The notes beneath the pieces were generated by a model that worked only from the letters and a program-made list of their open reading frames with translations, searched no databases and had not been told where the DNA came from. From Myxococcota bacterium (GTDB lineage: Bacteria; Myxococcota_A; Polyangia; Polyangiales; Houyiibacteriaceae), in NCBI GenBank assembly GCA_039030515.1, contig JBCCEA010000053.1, forward strand, positions 1-21,947: 21,947 nt of DNA, in the 5' to 3' direction. Shown one piece after another: positions 17,349 to 21,947 of the stretch. The first letter of the stretch is position 1. The number at the start of each line of letters is the position of its first letter. A program made the translations under genes and the position numbers.

Positions 17349-18938
17349 ATGAATGTTCCTGAGCTTCCCAGCTGGACGGTCGGTCTCTGCGCAATCGCCA
17401 TCCCCAGTGTACTCGCGCTCACCGCCCTTATTCCCGGAAGGTCTCCCATGCGCCGAGGTAAGTTCGCCACCTCGGTGACCTTAGGTCTCACGCTGGTGAC
17501 GGCACTGGGTGCGAGCCTGAATAGTTCGCCTCTCACTTGGATTCGCATGGACGGGGTGACTCTCGCGATGATGAGTCTGCTCTCAACCCTCAGCTGCGTC
17601 TTGGTGCGTTTTTCTGAGCGATATCTCGATGGGGAGCTTCATCTAAGACACTACGTACGATGGTTGATGGCAACGCTTGCTTCGGTGTGGCTGCTGGTAC
17701 TTGCGGAACATCTTCTGGTCTTTTTTGCAGCCTGGGTGAGCACCAGCATGAGCCTGCACCAGCTGCTTACCTTCTATAGAGATCGCCCAAAGGCGATGGT
17801 TGCCGCACACAAGAAGTTTCTGGTCAGTCGTTTTGCCGACGTCTGTCTTTTTTCTGGAATCGTTTTACTCGTGTTTGCGGTGCAGGGTTTCACGTTCGCC
17901 GAGGTGCAGCATTGGGCAAGAGGCCAAGCGGAACTGCCGCTGCTTGCGGAGGGTGCAGCACTCTTCTTTGTCGTAGGGGCGTCTTTGAAGTGTGCTCAAC
18001 TACCGTTCCATGGCTGGTTGATTCAGGTTATGGAGGCTCCCACTCCGGTGTCGGCTTTGCTTCATGCGGGCGTCGTGAATATCGGTGGCTTCCTGATGAT
18101 CCGTCTTGCGCCGCTGATGTCCCGCGCTGAGATCGCGCAGTCGGTACTTTTGGCGATTGGCGCGACCACGACTCTTTTGGCTGCACTATCGATGAAGGCT
18201 CAGCCGAGCATCAAAGCGCGACTGGCTTGGTCCACCAGTGCACAGATGGGCTTTATGCTGGTGCAGTGCAGCTTGGGCGCCTACCCGCTTGCGCTGCTTC
18301 ACCTGCTCGCGCACTCCTTTTACAAGGCATATGCCTTTCTTTCGAGCGGAGGCGTTGTAGAGGACTTCCGGGTGCGCTCACTGAACCACGCATCGCTGCG
18401 TTTGAAGAAGCGGCATTCGAGATACCGGGGAGACCAAAGAGTTCCACGTCGCTCTTCGGTCACTGTATGGCTCGTCGCAGCCTTGGGCTCGCTTCTGCTG
18501 ACCTTCGCGATGGCAGCTCTCCTAGGGCTGAATCCGGCAGACGAATCTGCGCTGTTCGCGTTTCTTCCGATGCTTGCTTTGGCAACCACGCCTCTACTGG
18601 TGAGGGCTTGGGAACGCGGTGTGCTGGCCGCAGCAACGGTAGCGAGCGTGGGCATCATAGCCATGTACATGCTGCTGCATGCGATGTTCTCTGCAGTCGT
18701 ACCTTCGGAAGCTGTACCGGTGCCGAGAGTCCTTGCCGCAGCCCTCGCGTTCTTGGTCTTATTTGCGCTCCACATGCTGCTTGAGACTCGATCTAATAAC
18801 CGGCTGGCACGTTCGCTCATGCCGCAGCTCCAAGCGGGACTCTACCTTGACGAGCTCTTTACCCGAGCAACCTTCCGGCTGTGGCCCGTAAGGCTCCCCG
18901 AAGCGGCCTCTTTTGGGGTGAAGAAGGCATCTTCATGA
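17349..18938 (+). CDS. dabB: DabB/MpsA-like membrane subunit (NuoL/ND5-like) of the DAB inorganic-carbon transporter
   Basis: Many TM helices; AAHKKFLVSR, KCAQLPFHGWLIQVMEAPTPVSALLHAG, STSAQMGFML and AHSFYKAYAFL. Directly upstream of a DUF2309 gene with ATGA overlap; no other nuo genes nearby. Confidence 0.88.
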   Translation: MNVPELPSWTVGLCAIAIPSVLALTALIPGRSPMRRGKFATSVTLGLTLVTALGASLNSSPLTWIRMDGVTLAMMSLLSTLSCVLVRFSERYLDGELHLRHYVRWLMATLASVWLLVLAEHLLVFFAAWVSTSMSLHQLLTFYRDRPKAMVAAHKKFLVSRFADVCLFSGIVLLVFAVQGFTFAEVQHWARGQAELPLLAEGAALFFVVGASLKCAQLPFHGWLIQVMEAPTPVSALLHAGVVNIGGFLMIRLAPLMSRAEIAQSVLLAIGATTTLLAALSMKAQPSIKARLAWSTSAQMGFMLVQCSLGAYPLALLHLLAHSFYKAYAFLSSGGVVEDFRVRSLNHASLRLKKRHSRYRGDQRVPRRSSVTVWLVAALGSLLLTFAMAALLGLNPADESALFAFLPMLALATTPLLVRAWERGVLAAATVASVGIIAMYMLLHAMFSAVVPSEAVPVPRVLAAALAFLVLFALHMLLETRSNNRLARSLMPQLQAGLYLDELFTRATFRLWPVRLPEAASFGVKKASS

Positions 18939-21562
18939 TCGCCACTACACCGAGCCCCAGCGCGTCAGCCAAAGCCGGTTCGTCTACCCCCGCCGCTCAG
19001 CCTACCGACCCAAAGCAACGCGTAGCGACTGCCGATACACCCAACTCTGAACTTGGCGAGAGGGGTATTGAAGAAACTGAAAAGATCGAACAGAGAGAGG
19101 CGCTTGACCCCGTGATGGTAGAGCGCATCGACCGGGCGAGCCGGCGCATCGCTCCAGCTTGGCCACTCGATCGCATGATCGCGGTCAATCCCTACTGGGG
19201 GTTCCGTGATAGGCCGATTGAGTCCGCCTCCGCACAGCTGGAAGGTGTTGCGGGGAGCAGGCTGGTCATGCCCCATCACTACTATCTGCAGCTGTTTCAG
19301 AAGGGAGCGTTCAAGCTCGAGCATATTGCCGCCGCTCTAAATGAGCGCGACATCGCGCTTGAACCTGAAACCGTGGTCGACCGTTTGAAACGTCCGGAAC
19401 CCGCACCCAAGCAAAGAGAGACCGTTGCCGATCTGCTGCATCCCGAACGCGCTCTCACTCGCGGCATGTCGACAAGAGAGTACATTGTCGATTCGATCAG
19501 TCGTTTTTGCGCAGGTTATTTCACGCGCAAAAACCCAGATGAGGATCTGTACGCAGCGTGGAAGCAGGAGATCCGAAACGACTTGCGACCACGCTGGGCG
19601 GGATTGCCCGATATGCGTCGTGCGCCACTGGCGCCCACAGCAGAGGAAATGATCGCACTGACGCTACGTGAGCTAGACGTCGCTGATGCCGAGCAGGAAG
19701 ACTATCTAACCACACTACTCTTCGACGTTGTGGGTTGGGCCTCGCATTGTGCCTACGTGCGGTGGAACGCAGAACTTGAGGGCGGCGAAGATCATCGATT
19801 GGTCGAGCTGCTGGCGATTCGGGCAGCTTGGGAATACGCCATGTATCGCGACGCTAGTCATGGGTTCCTAGCTCGCTTTCAACAAAGCATGTCGCAATGG
19901 CCACAGGCGAAGCGGAACGCTGAAACAGACCAGATGACCGCGTGGATTGCGGGGCGCGCGCTCGAACAAGCCTTTCAGCAGCAGATTGCAGAGCAGTTTG
20001 CAAGACCGCTGGCGGTAGAGTCTGCCCCCGACGTTCAAGCGGCTTTTTGCATCGATGTGCGCTCTGAGATATTTCGCAGAGCCCTTGAAGCTCAAAGCAA
20101 CTCCATTCAGACCCTCGGTTTCGCAGGTTTCTTCGGACTGCCTGCAGAATACCGGGCGATCGCTGCAGAACAGGGCCGTCCACAGCTACCCGGACTTTTG
20201 GCGCCGAAGTACCGCATCACCGACACCGAGGTAGATGCTGCAATAGCGCATCGGAGAAGCAAAAAACTGGCGTTTAAAGATGCATGGAAGGCGTTTAAAG
20301 ACGGGGCTATTTCCGGGTTCTCGCTGGTAGAGTCGACGGGCTTTTTTGCGGCGGCAGAACTGCTGCGCGGCACTCTTGGTTTGCGAACCAGAGTGTCTCC
20401 AGAGCGAGCAGGCCTTACCTCAAAAGAGCATCACACCCGCCGACCCAGGCTGACCGAGCACGTCGACGGCAGCCCGGTCGATCTCGCAGAACGATGCGAT
20501 CTCGCTGAAGCGATTCTTACATCCATGAGTCTGACCCGAGGATTTGCGCGCGTTATCGTACTCTTTGGACACAGCAGCAAGACCGCCAACAATCCGCAAT
20601 CAGCTGGGCTCGACTGTGGCGCATGCTGTGGTCAGAGCGGAGAGGTCAATGCCCGCGCTGTTGCCGCATTGTTGAATGAGTCTGAGGTGCGGCAAGGGCT
20701 CGCGGTCCGCGGGATTACGATACCCGAAACTACGATCTTCCTGGCCGGCCTACACAACACTACCACTGACGAAGCCCATCTCTACGAACTGGATAGACTG
20801 CCGGAGGATCGGCTGGTCGAATTGGAGCGATTTCAAAAGCAGCTGAACGAGGCCTCTGAGAAAGCACGTCGTGAGCGCGCTCCAAGTCTTGGGCTGGGTG
20901 AGCTTGCAGAACTAAGCAGTGCAAAAAAAGCAAACGGCAAATGCTCAGGTCATCCGGAATTAGAAGTAAGCGGGCGGTGCGGAAACCTGCCTCAGAAGAG
21001 CTCTTTGGCACATAAGATCCGTCAGCGTGCAGACTCCTGGTCTGAAGTTCGGCCGGAGTGGGGACTTACAGGCAACGCTGCCTTTGTCGTGGCGAGGAGA
21101 TCGCATACAAAACATCTCAACCTTGAGGGCAGATCGTTTTTGCATGACTACCGATACGAAGAGGACCAGGGGTTTAAGGTCCTAGAGCAGATCATGACCG
21201 CACCGATGATCGTGACCCATTGGATCAACGCTCAATATCTGGCTTCGACGGTCGACAACCGACGGTTCGGCAGCGGCAATAAAGTCCTACACGACGTCGT
21301 CGGAGACCACCTTGGCGTGTTTGAGGGCAATGGAGGCGACCTCCGTATCGGCTTGGCGATGCAGTCGATTCACGACGGGGTTTCTTTTCGACACCAGCCC
21401 CTGAGGCTCAGCGTATATGTAGAGGCGCCTCAAGATGCGATCGACAGCGTAATCGACCAGCACGAAGTGGTTCGACAGCTCGTGGAACATGGATGGATCC
21501 ATTTATTCCAGGTCGACCGCTACAGAGCAGTGCACAAACGGGATCGCAACGGCTGGTCCTAG
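18935..21562 (+). CDS. dabA: DabA/MpsB (DUF2309/UPF0753) beta-carbonic-anhydrase-like subunit of the DAB transporter
   Basis: IAPAWPLDRMIAVNPYWG, FCIDVRSE, GFAGFFG, GHSS..NNP..LDCGACCG, RPEWGL, GRSFLHDY and GNGGDLRIGL. ATG 18935 overlaps the dabB stop. Confidence 0.92.
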   Translation: MIATTPSPSASAKAGSSTPAAQPTDPKQRVATADTPNSELGERGIEETEKIEQREALDPVMVERIDRASRRIAPAWPLDRMIAVNPYWGFRDRPIESASAQLEGVAGSRLVMPHHYYLQLFQKGAFKLEHIAAALNERDIALEPETVVDRLKRPEPAPKQRETVADLLHPERALTRGMSTREYIVDSISRFCAGYFTRKNPDEDLYAAWKQEIRNDLRPRWAGLPDMRRAPLAPTAEEMIALTLRELDVADAEQEDYLTTLLFDVVGWASHCAYVRWNAELEGGEDHRLVELLAIRAAWEYAMYRDASHGFLARFQQSMSQWPQAKRNAETDQMTAWIAGRALEQAFQQQIAEQFARPLAVESAPDVQAAFCIDVRSEIFRRALEAQSNSIQTLGFAGFFGLPAEYRAIAAEQGRPQLPGLLAPKYRITDTEVDAAIAHRRSKKLAFKDAWKAFKDGAISGFSLVESTGFFAAAELLRGTLGLRTRVSPERAGLTSKEHHTRRPRLTEHVDGSPVDLAERCDLAEAILTSMSLTRGFARVIVLFGHSSKTANNPQSAGLDCGACCGQSGEVNARAVAALLNESEVRQGLAVRGITIPETTIFLAGLHNTTTDEAHLYELDRLPEDRLVELERFQKQLNEASEKARRERAPSLGLGELAELSSAKKANGKCSGHPELEVSGRCGNLPQKSSLAHKIRQRADSWSEVRPEWGLTGNAAFVVARRSHTKHLNLEGRSFLHDYRYEEDQGFKVLEQIMTAPMIVTHWINAQYLASTVDNRRFGSGNKVLHDVVGDHLGVFEGNGGDLRIGLAMQSIHDGVSFRHQPLRLSVYVEAPQDAIDSVIDQHEVVRQLVEHGWIHLFQVDRYRAVHKRDRNGWS

Positions 21563-21656
21563 GCTCTCCATCCAATCACGAGCAACGCAGGGCCAGACTC
21601 TTGAGTTTATCGCCCCAAACTCTTCAGATCTGAACCGATACGGCGGCTGCCCCCCT

Positions 21657-21947
21657 TGACCGGGTACGGTTGATGCTGACCGGGTACGGCAAGCCTCAAA
21701 CCACCTGACCGGGTACGGCACCCTGACCGGGTACGGTTGATCACAACGGCTAACTGGGCACCTGACCGGGTACGGCATCCTGACCGGGTGCGGCATCCTG
21801 ACCGGGTGCGGCATCCTGACCGGGTGCGGCATCCTGACCGGGTGCGGCATCCTGACCGGGTGCGGCATCCTGACCGGGTGCGGCATCCTGACCGGGTACG
21901 GTGACCTGACCGGGTACGGTGACCTGACCGGGTGCGGTGACCTGAGC
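21657..21947. repeat. 18-bp tandem repeat array (CCTGACCGGGTRCGGCAT / CCTGACCGGGTRCGGTGA) with irregularly spaced leading copies
   Basis: 14 copies of TGACCGGGTRCGG: 4 irregular (21657, 21677, 21706, 21724) and 10 in exact 18-bp register (21763-21925). Confidence 0.95.

Noticed and set aside
18881..18934. GTG start for dabA at 18881
   Set aside because: ATG 18935 gives a typical ATGA overlap with the dabB stop.
17349..18938. Respiratory complex I nuoL or Mrp antiporter subunit
   Set aside because: No other nuo or mrp genes, and it is translationally coupled to a DUF2309 gene, which defines DabB.
21503..21886. 127-aa ORF of MPHPVR repeats
   Set aside because: Translation of the 18-bp array; overlaps the dabA end on the opposite strand and has no independent coding evidence.
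21657..21947. CRISPR array
   Set aside because: Units are 18 bp and directly adjacent, with no unique spacers; no cas genes in the window.

Overview
GC-rich bacterial window, very likely Myxococcota (Polyangia-like), judged from gene content. From left to right: (1) three degenerate copies of a hairpin-forming repeat (1-347) next to a SMUG1-type uracil-DNA glycosylase. (2) A divergent Cys-rich repeat lipoprotein. (3) A compact minus-strand operon resembling the myxobacterial Glt/Nfs trans-envelope machinery: OM beta-barrel, unknown exported protein, GltC-, GltD-, GltE-, GltF- and GltG-like genes. The gltD-like gene is split by a 1-base frameshift in a homopolymer, and no AglRQS motor genes are in the window. 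(4) An orphan CoxG/SRPBCC gene. (5) A repeat-rich 650-bp intergenic region. (6) An ABC-F ATPase (Uup-like). (7) A LysR regulator divergent from a dabB-dabA (DUF2309) inorganic-carbon pump operon. (8) An 18-bp tandem array at the window end, whose core also appears in a palindromic repeat pair at 2.3 kb. No rRNA, tRNA, cas, integrase or transposase genes were recognised. All family calls come from motif recognition by eye, not database searches.
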